Source: a virus
Lineage: Duplodnaviria > Caudoviricetes
Virus record (IMG/VR): IMGVR_UViG_3300046787_000352
Coordinates: 2,050-66,049 of that record
DNA length: 64,000 bases
Reading direction: 5' to 3' (one strand)
The notes under the pieces were generated by a model. It was not told the origin of the DNA, did no database searches, and was given only the letters and a program-made list of their open reading frames with translations. The position numbers and the translations under genes are program-made. Numbering within the stretch: position 1 is the first letter of the stretch; each line of letters starts with the position of its first letter. Shown piece by piece: positions 8,838-18,591 of this stretch.

Positions 8838-9324
8838 TGTTGTATCTCCCTATTGCTTTGAATTTAATGCGCTCGTCGATGTGTGTTGCTAGGTTGTCTG
8901 CGGCTTCATCCAACACCATACCCGCTATGCTCTTGCCGCGCGACCTAAACCCTGCTGGGTCACTAGCCAACGCACCTGCGTCCATCATCTGACGGAGCAC
9001 TCGGTTTGTTGTCTTGGAGCCAAGGCTGTTCCACGTGTGGCGCTCGATGTACTTGTCCATGTCTTCACCTTGCAGATGAAGCGGCTCGTCGCCCATGAGC
9101 ACCACGCCTTGACGGCGCAAGAAGTCATAGGCTCCTGCCCTACCGCGCAACGCATCCACCTTAGCCTTGGCCTCATCGCGCTCAGCAGTGAGAAAGATGT
9201 TCTTGTCGCGCAACTCCTCGTAGCACTGCTTCCAATATTTCGCCTCTTGGATAGCTTGCTCGCGGTCAGCGACTTTCTTCTCTGCTTGTTTAAGCGCTGG
9301 TTGTTTCCATTGTGCTTTGCTCAC
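8722..9324 (-). CDS. hypothetical protein (coiled-coil N-terminus)
   Basis: 200-aa ORF with RBS AGGAGG; 3' end overlaps the VRR-NUC gene. Confidence 0.55.
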   Translation of the reverse strand: MSKAQWKQPALKQAEKKVADREQAIQEAKYWKQCYEELRDKNIFLTAERDEAKAKVDALRGRAGAYDFLRRQGVVLMGDEPLHLQGEDMDKYIERHTWNSLGSKTTNRVLRQMMDAGALASDPAGFRSRGKSIAGMVLDEAADNLATHIDERIKFKAIGRYNIGSNTGIQSKEADQKDTGHHTDILRYAAWYGLWEQRRS

Positions 9325-9550
9325 GCTGCACCTCCTTGAGTTTCATGTTGTAGTGGAACCACTTCTCTGCGTCTGGGCTGTCCTTCTTGCCTTGACGCAT
9401 CCCGTACTTAATGAGGTTGCCCTTGAGGTAGCCGATGAACTCCTCGCGTGTAAGCAGCGCCTCCATCACAGTCCACGGCTGTACGCTCATGTCCTTGTAG
9501 TGGCTACCGCCTGCTTGAATGTCGTCTGCTTTAATCGTTGTCTCTACCAT
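9290..9550 (-). CDS. DUF3310-like protein
   Basis: GGSHY...FIGYLKGNLIKY..R.GKK...DAEK pattern. Confidence 0.8.
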   Translation of the reverse strand: MVETTIKADDIQAGGSHYKDMSVQPWTVMEALLTREEFIGYLKGNLIKYGMRQGKKDSPDAEKWFHYNMKLKEVQREQSTMETTSA

Positions 9551-9560
9551 GTTGCTTCTC

Positions 9561-9974
9561 CTACAGAATTGGTTTCTTTGCTCTTGAAGGCCTTGTGCGC
9601 TTCTTCGAGGCGTTTGCCCTCCACTCGCGTAAAAGGCCAGTGCGCCGCGAAGGGATTCCCATCTCGGCAGCTATCGTGCTTATCATGCTGTCGCACAGTC
9701 CGAACTTGTTCGCTATGTACGAGTGTTTCTCGCCTTGCCTTAGTAGCGCGGCGATGTGTTGATTGCGCACGAAGCGAATCTTTTTCTTCTCGATTGCATC
9801 GGCGTGTGCCGGTATTACTTTCCTGACTGACTTCCATATACCCTCGTCTACTTCATAGGTTGCGAACTTGTGGTCACACACGGCGCACTTTCGTGTCCTG
9901 CGTGTAACGGTATCAGCGTGTAGGGGGCGTGTCTCCAATACGGATGCCTCACCCCCACATTTAACGCACTTCAT
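9561..9974 (-). CDS. NrdR-like zinc ribbon plus HTH protein (putative regulator)
   Basis: MKCVKCG...ETR...RRTRKCAVCDHKFATYE; C-terminal HSYIANKFGLCDSMISTI helix-turn-helix-like segment. Confidence 0.7.
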   Translation of the reverse strand: MKCVKCGGEASVLETRPLHADTVTRRTRKCAVCDHKFATYEVDEGIWKSVRKVIPAHADAIEKKKIRFVRNQHIAALLRQGEKHSYIANKFGLCDSMISTIAAEMGIPSRRTGLLREWRANASKKRTRPSRAKKPIL

Positions 9975-10257
9975 GTTTGTGTGCCTTTGCTTCTTGTATG
10001 TTTACAAACACGTCACCGCAAACCTTGCAACGCAGTGCGCGTCCCTCGGTCATGCGGTAACTACCTTGACTACGTTGAACGGCGTACATCGTCTTGATGA
10101 TTTCCCATGCGCTGCTCTTGCTCTCGCTGGATGCGCTCGAACTCGTCGTCTTCTGCTTTGGCATCGTCCTGCTTTCTAAAGATGTTGTCGAAGTGTTCGG
10201 AGAACGACTTGTAGTTTGTTGGGCGTTGTTGGGAGCCCTTGCCGCCGTCACCGTGTG

Positions 10258-10641
10258 TCATTTCTTCTTTCCTTTCGGGCCAACATTCTTGGCACCTGCT
10301 TTGTTGTAGATGTGGAACTCGCGTGGTGTCAGGTCTACCTTCAAAGGCTTCGCTGCTTTCGATACACCATGCACGAAGCCGTGCAGTGGATTGGTCTTGC
10401 GCTTCTCTGTAACGTGTTTGCTCAACGTCTCACCTGCACCCAAGCGGGTGTCGTCTGCCTTGATGGCTGTCAGAATCTCAGGCATGTACGTCTTCACGTA
10501 GTCAGGGTGGAACGCATTGATGATGGGTGGTGTTGGGTTGTTCAAAACAAAGCATCCTTTGATGGGGTCATAGGTGGAGAGGGGTTGGTCAGTCTGCACG
10601 TGTTTGCTCCAAACGAATCCACAGCATGAAGCCGAAGACAA
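10258..10641 (-). CDS. hypothetical protein
   Basis: ORF in a co-oriented cluster; start uncertain. Confidence 0.5.
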   Translation of the reverse strand: MSSASCCGFVWSKHVQTDQPLSTYDPIKGCFVLNNPTPPIINAFHPDYVKTYMPEILTAIKADDTRLGAGETLSKHVTEKRKTNPLHGFVHGVSKAAKPLKVDLTPREFHIYNKAGAKNVGPKGKKK

Positions 10642-10792
10642 CAGCCCACACAGACATGACTGCGCGAAGGTCTGCCGTCCAGTCAGCTAAGTCCCAGCTT
10701 GCCGAAGTGAAAGCGCCGATACCATACATGCACGCCATGGTGACGACAAACGGAAAGACTGACTGAAAAGATTTCTCTACGGTGTGTTTCAT
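10589..10792 (-). CDS. small membrane protein (2 TM)
   Basis: Two hydrophobic segments; RBS AGGAGA. Confidence 0.6.
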   Translation of the reverse strand: MKHTVEKSFQSVFPFVVTMACMYGIGAFTSASWDLADWTADLRAVMSVWAVVFGFMLWIRLEQTRAD

Positions 10793-11010
10793 TGTTTCTC
10801 CTTGTGCACGGCGGCTAAGCGCCTGTACCGTGCGATATTGTTTTTTAAGGCGCGGGGTTCTTCCGCGTTCTTGGTCACGAATTGGGGCTCCGGAAACTCT
10901 GCAAAGGTTAACTTGGCATGAGCACCTGCCCTGAATTCAATGTCAATCACGTTGAACCCCGCACGGGAGTAAGCGTCGATCTGCTTACGAAAGTGACGGG
11001 GTATCTCCAT
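10789..11010 (-). CDS. hypothetical protein
   Basis: 73-aa coupled ORF. Confidence 0.55.
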   Translation of the reverse strand: MEIPRHFRKQIDAYSRAGFNVIDIEFRAGAHAKLTFAEFPEPQFVTKNAEEPRALKNNIARYRRLAAVHKEKQ

Positions 11011-11012
11011 GA

Positions 11013-11717
11013 TTAACCCAACATCTTCTTGAGCTCAGCGTGAAGCAAGACTGCCTCGGACAGAGAGATGTTGTCGATGACGTAGGACGCAGTGAGTGCG
11101 ATGCGTGGTGGCTTGACCGCTTCTGGTTGTGGTGCGATGAACGTCTCCATAGGAGGGCGAGGGATGCGGGTGTGCGTTGGCCGTCCGATGCGTTCGCTTT
11201 CTTCCTTGGTTTTCTCCACAGGCAAAGCGGCGATACCATGCGCTTGTGGCGCGGCATCGACATGTTTACCCTTCTTATGGATGCGAATCTTCTTGGCCTT
11301 CTTGTTGGGTACAACGGCTGGGATGTCATCGTACTCAGGCACCCCAACGCTATACACGAACACATCACGCATAGTCAACACGCCACCATGAATACGACGT
11401 TGTGCTTTGATTTGTTTGCGCAACAGCTTGCCGTTGAAATACAGCGTGCTCAAGTGTGTGGATGTTGTGCCGTGATCGAAACCACAATCTGCTAGGTCTT
11501 GCAGCGAACTCTCGGGATTGCCTTTGATGTGGTAGAACAGCTCACGACGTGCGCTTTCATTCTCGGGGGTTGGGCGTTGGCCGCGTGGGTTATGTGTTAC
11601 TTGCATTTGAGTTACCTCGGGTAGTGGGGTTGGTTGTTGCTTCTCTACTTGATGACGACCCAGTGAGTCGTCCCATTCGTTTAACGCTTCTTTGAGCGCT
11701 GTTTGCATGTCTGGCAT
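11013..11717 (-). CDS. hypothetical protein with winged-helix-like central domain
   Basis: LFYHIKGNPESSLQDLA...STHLSTLYFNGKLLR; RBS AGGAGA. Confidence 0.55.
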   Translation of the reverse strand: MPDMQTALKEALNEWDDSLGRHQVEKQQPTPLPEVTQMQVTHNPRGQRPTPENESARRELFYHIKGNPESSLQDLADCGFDHGTTSTHLSTLYFNGKLLRKQIKAQRRIHGGVLTMRDVFVYSVGVPEYDDIPAVVPNKKAKKIRIHKKGKHVDAAPQAHGIAALPVEKTKEESERIGRPTHTRIPRPPMETFIAPQPEAVKPPRIALTASYVIDNISLSEAVLLHAELKKMLG

Positions 11718-11726
11718 TGCTTTCTC

Positions 11727-11948
11727 CTAACGTGTGAAAAGATACCCAATGGCAACGAGCACAGCGACTGCTGTACCCAACTGCACGAGGGTGCGGGTTA
11801 AATCAGAGAACGGTTGTCGGATACCAAGCAGTGCTGCTTGAATCTTCTCCTCGTCCTCCGACATTTGTGCAGGCGGTGGTTGGTATAACAAACCAATCTT
11901 CACTTTGCCTGTGTCATACGGTACGTTTTGTTTCTGGTGCATCACCAC
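11727..11948 (-). CDS. small protein with C-terminal TM helix
   Basis: PYDTGKVKIGLLYQPP motif; hydrophobic C-terminus. Confidence 0.6.
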   Translation of the reverse strand: MVMHQKQNVPYDTGKVKIGLLYQPPPAQMSEDEEKIQAALLGIRQPFSDLTRTLVQLGTAVAVLVAIGYLFTR

Positions 11949-12364
11949 TGCTCCTTATAGGCTTGCATGATTGTTTCTAAATGGATTGTCAAAGATTTTA
12001 CATCGGGTCTGTACGGCTGTACAAGATGGTCAGCAAACTTTTTGTTCTCACGAATACGTTGCCATATCTCCCATGAGACGTTGTGTTTGATGGCAAACAT
12101 AGTCGCTAAGTTCTCACACAACTCGTTGGCCTTGGCACGGTCGTACTCATTGGCCTTGACCTTGAACTTACAACAGATAGCGTAGACCTTCTTGGCGTTG
12201 CCGTTAGGGAATTCCGCAGGGTCACGAGGCATGACGCCCGTGTATGACACCTGTATAGTGCGCATCCCCTTGCTCGCATCCAACGCGCTGAACTTGAACC
12301 AGATGGTGCCAAGGTTGAAACCAATCTTCTGCGCGTCACTCACCCAGATGTCATGGGCTTCCAT
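11942..12364 (-). CDS. hypothetical protein
   Basis: 140-aa ORF, RBS AGGAG. Confidence 0.6.
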   Translation of the reverse strand: MEAHDIWVSDAQKIGFNLGTIWFKFSALDASKGMRTIQVSYTGVMPRDPAEFPNGNAKKVYAICCKFKVKANEYDRAKANELCENLATMFAIKHNVSWEIWQRIRENKKFADHLVQPYRPDVKSLTIHLETIMQAYKEQW

Positions 12365-12367
12365 GTG

Positions 12368-12559
12368 TTACTCCTTCTTCAACTTGGGCAGTGGTGCCCA
12401 ATGCGTATAGAACTTGTCTTTGCCGTTGTACGTACCGTACATGGCCACGCCTCCTGCACCCAACAGTTGAACCTTCACGCCGCGTGGGCATGTGTCGATG
12501 GGCAACCAGAAGTAGTTGTGATCTACGGCGACTGTGCCTGTGCTGTCTAGTTTTGTCAT
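12368..12559 (-). CDS. hypothetical protein (WxPIxTCP...THWAPLP family)
   Basis: FWLPIDTCPRG...THWAPLP, DUF551-like termini. Confidence 0.65.
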   Translation of the reverse strand: MTKLDSTGTVAVDHNYFWLPIDTCPRGVKVQLLGAGGVAMYGTYNGKDKFYTHWAPLPKLKKE

Positions 12560-12855
12560 TGTTTCTCCTCACGTAACTTTGGGTCTTCGTCCACGGCAAT
12601 CAACCCGCGTTCCCACAGGTAGTTGCGCACGTACTCGTCTTCGATTTTCATAGCAACCAATTCACGTGTTGGTGTGCGTGTATTCCACAACTCCACGCCT
12701 TCTTTGTGCCACTTGAAGTCGTCTGGGTAGCTACGCCTGACCTCCATAGATGTGCCGCAACCGCCGCAACTTACTAGCCCCCAGCGGTATGTACTTCCGT
12801 CAGAGAAATCCAACCCCACGTGTCCACAAAAAGGACATGGTTCAATGTGTGCCAT
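12556..12855 (-). CDS. Lar-family (restriction alleviation) zinc-finger-like protein
   Basis: IEPCPFCG...CGGCG...WNTR signature. Confidence 0.7.
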   Translation of the reverse strand: MAHIEPCPFCGHVGLDFSDGSTYRWGLVSCGGCGTSMEVRRSYPDDFKWHKEGVELWNTRTPTRELVAMKIEDEYVRNYLWERGLIAVDEDPKLREEKQ

Positions 12856-12864
12856 ACAACCTCC

Positions 12865-13740
12865 TTAAAAATTAAACTTGCTCAGCAGTGCATCGACTGC
12901 CTTCTTGGTGTCCTGACGGACGGCTTCGTTCTTGCGCAACTCCTGCGGTGTGATGCCCACCAGCAGCTCGGACAGTTCACTGCGCGCTGTCTCTAGTTCT
13001 TTGTCGCCCGTCACGTTCAACGCACGGGTCATGTCGCACAGCTCGATCGCACCAACCACCAACGTGTCATGGAATCGGCGTTGCTTAGCTTCACCACCCA
13101 CGTAGTCGGTCGTCAGTCGGTCGGACATGCGCTTCAAGTGCTCACCAAGACGGCGGCGAATGTCTGCCATGGCAGCATCAACACGCTCAGCGGCCAGCTC
13201 CTCTAGTTTGGCCTTCAACTCGGCCTGTGCTTCGTTGCCCACGTCTACACGGAAGTCACCAGCAGTAGGCACAGGCATGTAGTTGAGACGGAAAGAGAAC
13301 TTACGTGCGATCTCGTTGGCCGTGGGGTATTCGTCGCGCTTGAACATGTCACCCAACGCCATAGCCTGAGCCGTGATTAGTGTGGGGTAGATGTTCAAGA
13401 ACTCCGCGACTAGGCGCTCGAACTCCTCCTCGAACTGCGACATGCGCTCAGCGAAGGCCATGAAGTTGGTGGTCGGCAACAAACGCAAGCCAGAGTCAGA
13501 CCATGGCAACGTGTTGTCATACACATAGGTACGTGCACGATTGACCATAGATTGAATTGTCTCCAACTCATTGCGGCCAGCTAGTAGTGACTTGTTCACA
13601 CGCGCTGCGTCTTTGGCTTGTGCGTTCTTTGACGACACGATCTCGTCAGTGGCTCCCTTGTCTAGCTTGCGTGCTGTCCACACAGAAGCGTTGAACTCGG
13701 CGAGCATTGCGCAGGTTGATATGTTGTACGTTGGTGTCAT
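12865..13740 (-). CDS. DUF3150-like helical protein
   Basis: WTARKLDK...VNKSLL...TLPWSDSGLRLLP...EYP; a family often near phage AAA/VWA genes (recognised from memory). Confidence 0.6.
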   Translation of the reverse strand: MTPTYNISTCAMLAEFNASVWTARKLDKGATDEIVSSKNAQAKDAARVNKSLLAGRNELETIQSMVNRARTYVYDNTLPWSDSGLRLLPTTNFMAFAERMSQFEEEFERLVAEFLNIYPTLITAQAMALGDMFKRDEYPTANEIARKFSFRLNYMPVPTAGDFRVDVGNEAQAELKAKLEELAAERVDAAMADIRRRLGEHLKRMSDRLTTDYVGGEAKQRRFHDTLVVGAIELCDMTRALNVTGDKELETARSELSELLVGITPQELRKNEAVRQDTKKAVDALLSKFNF

Positions 13741-14024
13741 TTTGTTTCTCCTTGGTTAATTAATTCGTCAGCGTACCGCATACGGCACACGTCCAACAAT
13801 GTGTCCATTGTTTGTTGCATGGTTTCTGTGGGTGCGTGATGGTCGAACACGACACGACACACACTCCAGTGAGCTTGCATACGTGCGGCTTTGCATTTCA
13901 CCACGCACACGTGAGACCCAATCCTTGTTGGCACCCAATAGAAACCACGTTCATCTAGGTCGATCATGGTTGGTTCCCAATACCAACTGATCTTCGGCTC
14001 AGTCATCTTTGTACCTTGATGCAA
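13737..14024 (-). CDS. hypothetical protein
   Basis: Coupled small ORF. Confidence 0.5.
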   Translation of the reverse strand: MHQGTKMTEPKISWYWEPTMIDLDERGFYWVPTRIGSHVCVVKCKAARMQAHWSVCRVVFDHHAPTETMQQTMDTLLDVCRMRYADELINQGETK

Positions 14025-14358
14025 GCAGCACGCTCATGATTTGCTCAGGCTTGGTGGCTTCTACTTTATTAAGCAGTCGTTTAATCCACCTGTGAATTGC
14101 CTCGCGGTCCTTCTTGTTGAGTGCGTTCTCCTTGTCCTCGTCTTTCATGTGCACGTGCGGTACGCGATACACCTTGCAGAACCTAGCGGACTCACCAATC
14201 CACAACTCAATACCTGATCGCTCGTGCTTGAGTGTGTAGGTTTCTTTAATCCACGTGTCCGTCATCAGTGCATCACGTAGCTCAAGACCAAGCGCAGACA
14301 TGCCACGCGTCTCACGCCACCACCGAAACCTCACGTAAAGCTCACGCAGTTTTTTCAT
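13999..14358 (-). CDS. hypothetical protein
   Basis: RBS GGGAGAAG before ATG 14358. Confidence 0.55.
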   Translation of the reverse strand: MKKLRELYVRFRWWRETRGMSALGLELRDALMTDTWIKETYTLKHERSGIELWIGESARFCKVYRVPHVHMKDEDKENALNKKDREAIHRWIKRLLNKVEATKPEQIMSVLLASRYKDD

Positions 14359-14575
14359 TTGCTTCTCCCGAAAAAGATTGTTGATAGTGAATTTCACAGA
14401 GAGTGCGCACGTTGGCTAAGTCCTCCGCATCGTTGGTTCCGTCGAGAGTGAACCAAGCTAAGTGCCACGTGTGAATACAGGCGTACCCTTTGCGCGGGTA
14501 TGGCCGCACAACACAATAGCCTTTGAAGTCCCACTCCACCTTTCTGTCCTGCATAAACATGATCTCTTGAATCAC
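14342..14575 (-). CDS. hypothetical protein
   Basis: Coupled small ORF. Confidence 0.5.
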   Translation of the reverse strand: MIQEIMFMQDRKVEWDFKGYCVVRPYPRKGYACIHTWHLAWFTLDGTNDAEDLANVRTLCEIHYQQSFSGEANEKTA

Positions 14576-14796
14576 AGCGATGCCTCCCAGTTAGCGTGGC
14601 GTAGCTCAAGCATGGTGACCACAGTTTGACCTACTCGCACCTTCTCGTCAGGCGTGTACCTGCTAGGCGTAATCACCTGTGCAACCGTGTAGTCCATCTT
14701 GTCCCTCACATGAGCACCAGAACCCGTCACAATAATTTTGAACGGTGGAACCCAATGCTCAACGCTACTGAACTCGTATATTGCTACGTCATCCAT
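14572..14796 (-). CDS. hypothetical protein
   Basis: RBS AGGAGA before ATG 14796. Confidence 0.5.
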   Translation of the reverse strand: MDDVAIYEFSSVEHWVPPFKIIVTGSGAHVRDKMDYTVAQVITPSRYTPDEKVRVGQTVVTMLELRHANWEASL

Positions 14797-15064
14797 TTGG
14801 ATTCTCCTGTGCATAGCGCTGTTCACACAACGCCAGTAGTGATTCGCCTACGGCTTCTTTGTCCTTGGGGTGCACGTACCATGCACGCACGTTCCACCAT
14901 TCTGTATTGGCGCCTCGGTTGGAGTACACATACACGTCGAACAAACTGGTGTTGATGTTGAACTCATACTCAACTGTGAAGGGAGGGCGCGACCATGACT
15001 CACCATCAGCGCTACCATCGGCAGACAGGTCGTCCCACTCCCACTCGATAAGCACCTCGCTCAT
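14789..15064 (-). CDS. hypothetical protein
   Basis: ATGA overlap with the VWA gene stop. Confidence 0.55.
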   Translation of the reverse strand: MSEVLIEWEWDDLSADGSADGESWSRPPFTVEYEFNINTSLFDVYVYSNRGANTEWWNVRAWYVHPKDKEAVGESLLALCEQRYAQENPNG

Positions 15065-16308
15065 GGCTTGATGCGCACAACCTTGCCCGTGTGCGGTACG
15101 AAGTCATCGTTATCTACAACGCCGAACAACACGGGGAGCTTGGGCACCTCATAGTCGCTCTCGATGTAGCCGTCAGTCAGATAGATCACGCACTTAGGTG
15201 TGAGCTTCTTCTTGGCAATGTACTTAGCAACACACGACACGGTGGTGCCGCCGCCACCCTTGGGTGACATGAGCGTAGCGATCTGGTCGTACTGGTCAGG
15301 CTTGAACTCCTGATCGCCGCACACGGATGTGTCCCACCACAACACACGCACACCCTCGGGACGCACACTGCTACAGATACGTGCGATCTCACCGAAGATG
15401 GTCGAGTAGTACGGGTGCATAGAGCCTGACGTGTCACACGCAATCACGATCTCACCGATCGTCTCAGTGAAGTGCGAAGGCATGATGAAGCCTGACGCAA
15501 GCAAGCGTTTGTTGGGAGGGCAGAAGCGCGACTGCTCGTCACCTTGGCACACACTCGACAAGAAGTCACGCAGCGCATCCTGCCAGTTAGTCGCACGCTC
15601 AGCGGCCAGCTCGAAGATGTCACGACCACCAGCACCATTGCCGCGTAGCTTCTGTGCAAGCAGGGCACCTTGATGGTTGGCATCGTCAATGTCCTTAGAG
15701 AGTTTGTTGATCTCTTGCTCGGTCATCTCCTTGTCGTCATCCTCAGCATCGCCGTGCATGTGCTCGTCGAGACACTTGCCTAGCATCTCCTCCAATGCCT
15801 TCTGCATAGCGTCAGCATCTTTCTTCATCTGCTCAGGGTCTTGGCCGTTGGCCTTCATGTCGTCAACCAAAGACTTGAGCACCTGCGGAAAGGACATGCC
15901 CTTGTACTTGGGGTCAACCAATGGGGGCACAGCAGTAGGACGGTCAACAAAGTTGAGCGCAGGGTCAAGCTCCTCGATCAAGCCGTTCACCACGTAGTCC
16001 ATAGCCACGTTACACAGTGGGCCACCGAAGCGATCTTCTAGTGGGCGGTATGCGATGCAGTGCTTGAGTGCAACGTGGAAGTTCTCATGCAACACGAGGT
16101 AGCGCAGTTGCTTGCGCGTCATGTCCTTGATGAAGTCAGCACCGTAGTACTTGTTCTTGCCGTCAGTGCCAGCAGTAGGCAGGTCATCCTTAACGTCAGA
16201 CTTACCCATACAGATGATGCCAGACAGTAGTGCGAAATCTTTGTTACGCATACAGTCGATGTTGACCGCCTCGACGCGGCGGTGTAGTGTCATTTTCTCG
16301 AAGCTCAT
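15061..16308 (-). CDS. metallopeptidase-like plus VWA domain protein (DUF2201-type)
   Basis: LHENFHVALKH (HExxH), NVAMDYVVN, MIDAS DTSGS, GGGGT, YLTDG. Confidence 0.9.
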   Translation of the reverse strand: MSFEKMTLHRRVEAVNIDCMRNKDFALLSGIICMGKSDVKDDLPTAGTDGKNKYYGADFIKDMTRKQLRYLVLHENFHVALKHCIAYRPLEDRFGGPLCNVAMDYVVNGLIEELDPALNFVDRPTAVPPLVDPKYKGMSFPQVLKSLVDDMKANGQDPEQMKKDADAMQKALEEMLGKCLDEHMHGDAEDDDKEMTEQEINKLSKDIDDANHQGALLAQKLRGNGAGGRDIFELAAERATNWQDALRDFLSSVCQGDEQSRFCPPNKRLLASGFIMPSHFTETIGEIVIACDTSGSMHPYYSTIFGEIARICSSVRPEGVRVLWWDTSVCGDQEFKPDQYDQIATLMSPKGGGGTTVSCVAKYIAKKKLTPKCVIYLTDGYIESDYEVPKLPVLFGVVDNDDFVPHTGKVVRIKP

Positions 16309-16324
16309 TTTGTTTCTCCTAGAT

Positions 16325-16338
16325 GGGGCCGAAGCCCC
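16325..16338 (-). other. cUUCGg hairpin GGGGCTTCGGCCCC between the AAA and VWA genes (no U-tract)
   Basis: Identical 14-mer also on + at 33396-33409. Confidence 0.6.
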
Positions 16339-16343
16339 GTTGA

Positions 16344-17468
16344 TTACTTAGTGTTGAACAGGTCACGATGCGCGGCCAGCATCTTGGCAAACTCGCTCAG
16401 TGTCACGAACAGAGACAAGCGTTGGCTGTTGGCCAACGTATTGCAGAACAGTGACTGCATCTCGGTACGCATACGCAACACGTACTTGACCACAGCCTCG
16501 GCCTCGGCACGATTCTCCACACGTGTGATGAACTGATACACCTGCAACAACTGCGCCGTAGGGTTGTCAGACAGCGCCGCCTTATCAGGTGCGGCAACCA
16601 CTGACTCGAACGATGCAATGTCACGACCGAAGCGAATGAACGCACCCATGGCCTCGGCTGTCGCCTCGCCTACTGCACCGACCAACGCTGTCTCCATCGT
16701 GTCGTCGTCAACGATACCGTCACAGGCAGTGATGATGTCAGACGCTGCGTGCAATGAGCGAGGTGATGCGTATGCCAGTTGCATAGAGCGAGGGTTGAAG
16801 ATGTAGCCGTTGTCCTTGTCTTGCTTCTTACCCTCGTGCTTGCCGCCCTTCTCGTAGTCGAGGAAAGAATCCATGACGTTGCTATGTTGTGACACGAAGG
16901 TGATGACCTTCTCGTTGAGGCCACGGTCGATCGCCCAGCTAATCCACTCGTCAGCCGAAGGCTTACGCATCTTGACGAACACCAGACGGTTACGCAAGTG
17001 AGCCTGAATCGAATCGCCTAGACCCTCGGTGCTCAGGTTGGTAGCGCAGAACACAACGCTACCCTCGGGCAGATGGTAGTTACCAACGCGACGCTCATAG
17101 ATGATCGGAGCCAGCACGTTCTTGATGAACTGCGGAGCCTTAGCGATCTCGTCCAAGAAGATCAACACAGGCTTGGCACCATTGACACCTAGCTGATTGG
17201 TCTTGGTCACACCGAAGCGCTCGTTAGGCAACTCACGTGACACACCGTTCTCACGATCGAGGTCGGGCATCCACACGCTACCGTCAGACAGTTGGGTACA
17301 GTCGATTGGGTCAACGGCAATGTGATTGGCAAACTGTGGCATCTTCTTGATGGCATGGAACAGGCCAGTCTTACCGATACCGTTTTCGCCCTCGACTATT
17401 ACTGTGCGCTTGTCACCGATAGCGGCCACGAGGTTAGACACTTGAGAGAATGAGAGAAAGTTACGCAT
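16344..17468 (-). CDS. MoxR-like AAA+ ATPase
   Basis: Walker A GENGIGKT, Walker B IFLDEI, sensor ATN, arginine finger LRNRL, SPRS. Confidence 0.9.
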   Translation of the reverse strand: MRNFLSFSQVSNLVAAIGDKRTVIVEGENGIGKTGLFHAIKKMPQFANHIAVDPIDCTQLSDGSVWMPDLDRENGVSRELPNERFGVTKTNQLGVNGAKPVLIFLDEIAKAPQFIKNVLAPIIYERRVGNYHLPEGSVVFCATNLSTEGLGDSIQAHLRNRLVFVKMRKPSADEWISWAIDRGLNEKVITFVSQHSNVMDSFLDYEKGGKHEGKKQDKDNGYIFNPRSMQLAYASPRSLHAASDIITACDGIVDDDTMETALVGAVGEATAEAMGAFIRFGRDIASFESVVAAPDKAALSDNPTAQLLQVYQFITRVENRAEAEAVVKYVLRMRTEMQSLFCNTLANSQRLSLFVTLSEFAKMLAAHRDLFNTK

Positions 17469-17527
17469 GATGATTTCCTAGAAAGTTAAAAGTTGTTTGC
17501 CACTGAACCGCAGTGGCCACGGTGTTG

Positions 17528-17558
17528 ATTATATCAGAGTTGTCAAAGACTTGACAAC
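17528..17558 (-). promoter_or_regulatory. sigma70-type promoter (TTGTCA-18-TATAAT, extended -10 TGnTATAAT) overlapped by the perfect inverted repeat GTTGTCAA-AGAC-TTGACAAC
   Basis: Minus strand reads gtgTTGTCAagtctttgacaactcTGaTATAAT; directly upstream of the AAA gene. Confidence 0.7.
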
Positions 17559-17561
17559 ACG

Positions 17562-18575
17562 TCATGGATAGGTAGTGATGTTGCTACGAGGCAACACATC
17601 GGCGAACTGAGGTAGCTCGACGGCTTCGGACTGACCGCACAGTGTGGTATGGCGCTTGATGGTTTCCCACAAACGTGCCTCCAATTCTTTCTCAGTAATA
17701 CGTTGCTCTAACTCACTGGGTGTGGTCTGCACTGCACCCGTAGCCACATAGCCCCGACCGCTAACCCAGTTGTGCAGATCGCGGTGTTGTTTGAGTTTGC
17801 CTTCGTTGTGCGCACGATGCGTAGCCATTGACGCGTATACCTTCGGTGCAGTGATACGTAAGAACGAATCAAGCACTGTCTGATTGAAGTCACCATTGAC
17901 CAAGCTCTGCATAGCGTAGCGCTCGGCTGTGTCTGGTGTCGCCTCGTTGTGGAACGCATACATGTAGCTTGGGGAGATGGTTTCCTCACGCTCATAGTCA
18001 GGCAGCTTCATCGCCGCCATGAACAGGATAGCCTGCAACGATTGCTTCACATCCTTGCGGTGTTGTTTGTCTTCGGCGCTCGACTTGCGTGTGTAGTGGC
18101 GTGTGTGACTTGATGCCTTCACATCCAACACGTAGTCATCGAACCACATGTCAACACAGAACTGCTCACCCTTGTCTGTGATGCTGTTGCGTACGTGTAC
18201 TGGCACGATCGCTGTGTACTCCATACCCTCGAACACTGCTTGCGTCTCGAAGCGGCGACCATACCGAAGCACTGACCAACGATACTGATTCGACAAGTTG
18301 GTGTTGCTACCGTTTAGTAGTACGCGGCGGCGTGAGCCCTCTGGTTTGTAGTAGCGTGCCATGGGTGTGCGATACAACATGAGGTCATACCACTCTTGCC
18401 CGTCAGCCTGTGTGTGGTGCTCGATGCGGTAGTGATGCAAGCGTGCGTTGCGTAGTGGCCGCTGGTTGTCTTGCCATGCCCTAGCACGTGGTGGCTTCTT
18501 GGTCTTGGCATAGTACGTCTGTGCAGCTTCGTAGCTGTCGATTAGTGGAAGTGATTGAACTGAATTGCTATACAT
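17562..18575 (-). CDS. hypothetical protein
   Basis: 337-aa ORF, RBS AGGAGA. Confidence 0.7.
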   Translation of the reverse strand: MYSNSVQSLPLIDSYEAAQTYYAKTKKPPRARAWQDNQRPLRNARLHHYRIEHHTQADGQEWYDLMLYRTPMARYYKPEGSRRRVLLNGSNTNLSNQYRWSVLRYGRRFETQAVFEGMEYTAIVPVHVRNSITDKGEQFCVDMWFDDYVLDVKASSHTRHYTRKSSAEDKQHRKDVKQSLQAILFMAAMKLPDYEREETISPSYMYAFHNEATPDTAERYAMQSLVNGDFNQTVLDSFLRITAPKVYASMATHRAHNEGKLKQHRDLHNWVSGRGYVATGAVQTTPSELEQRITEKELEARLWETIKRHTTLCGQSEAVELPQFADVLPRSNITTYP

Positions 18576-18591
18576 GGTTTTCTCCTAGGGT

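Noticed and set aside
8722-9324. RGKSIAGMVLDEAA resembling a terminase/helicase Walker B
   Set aside because: No Walker A or other ATPase motifs; too short to support a call
15330-15337. TGTCCCAC/GTCCCAC half-sites (also near 14529, 15032, 22528)
   Set aside because: The partner arm is missing; compatible with chance Trp-Asp (TGGGAC) codons on the minus strand
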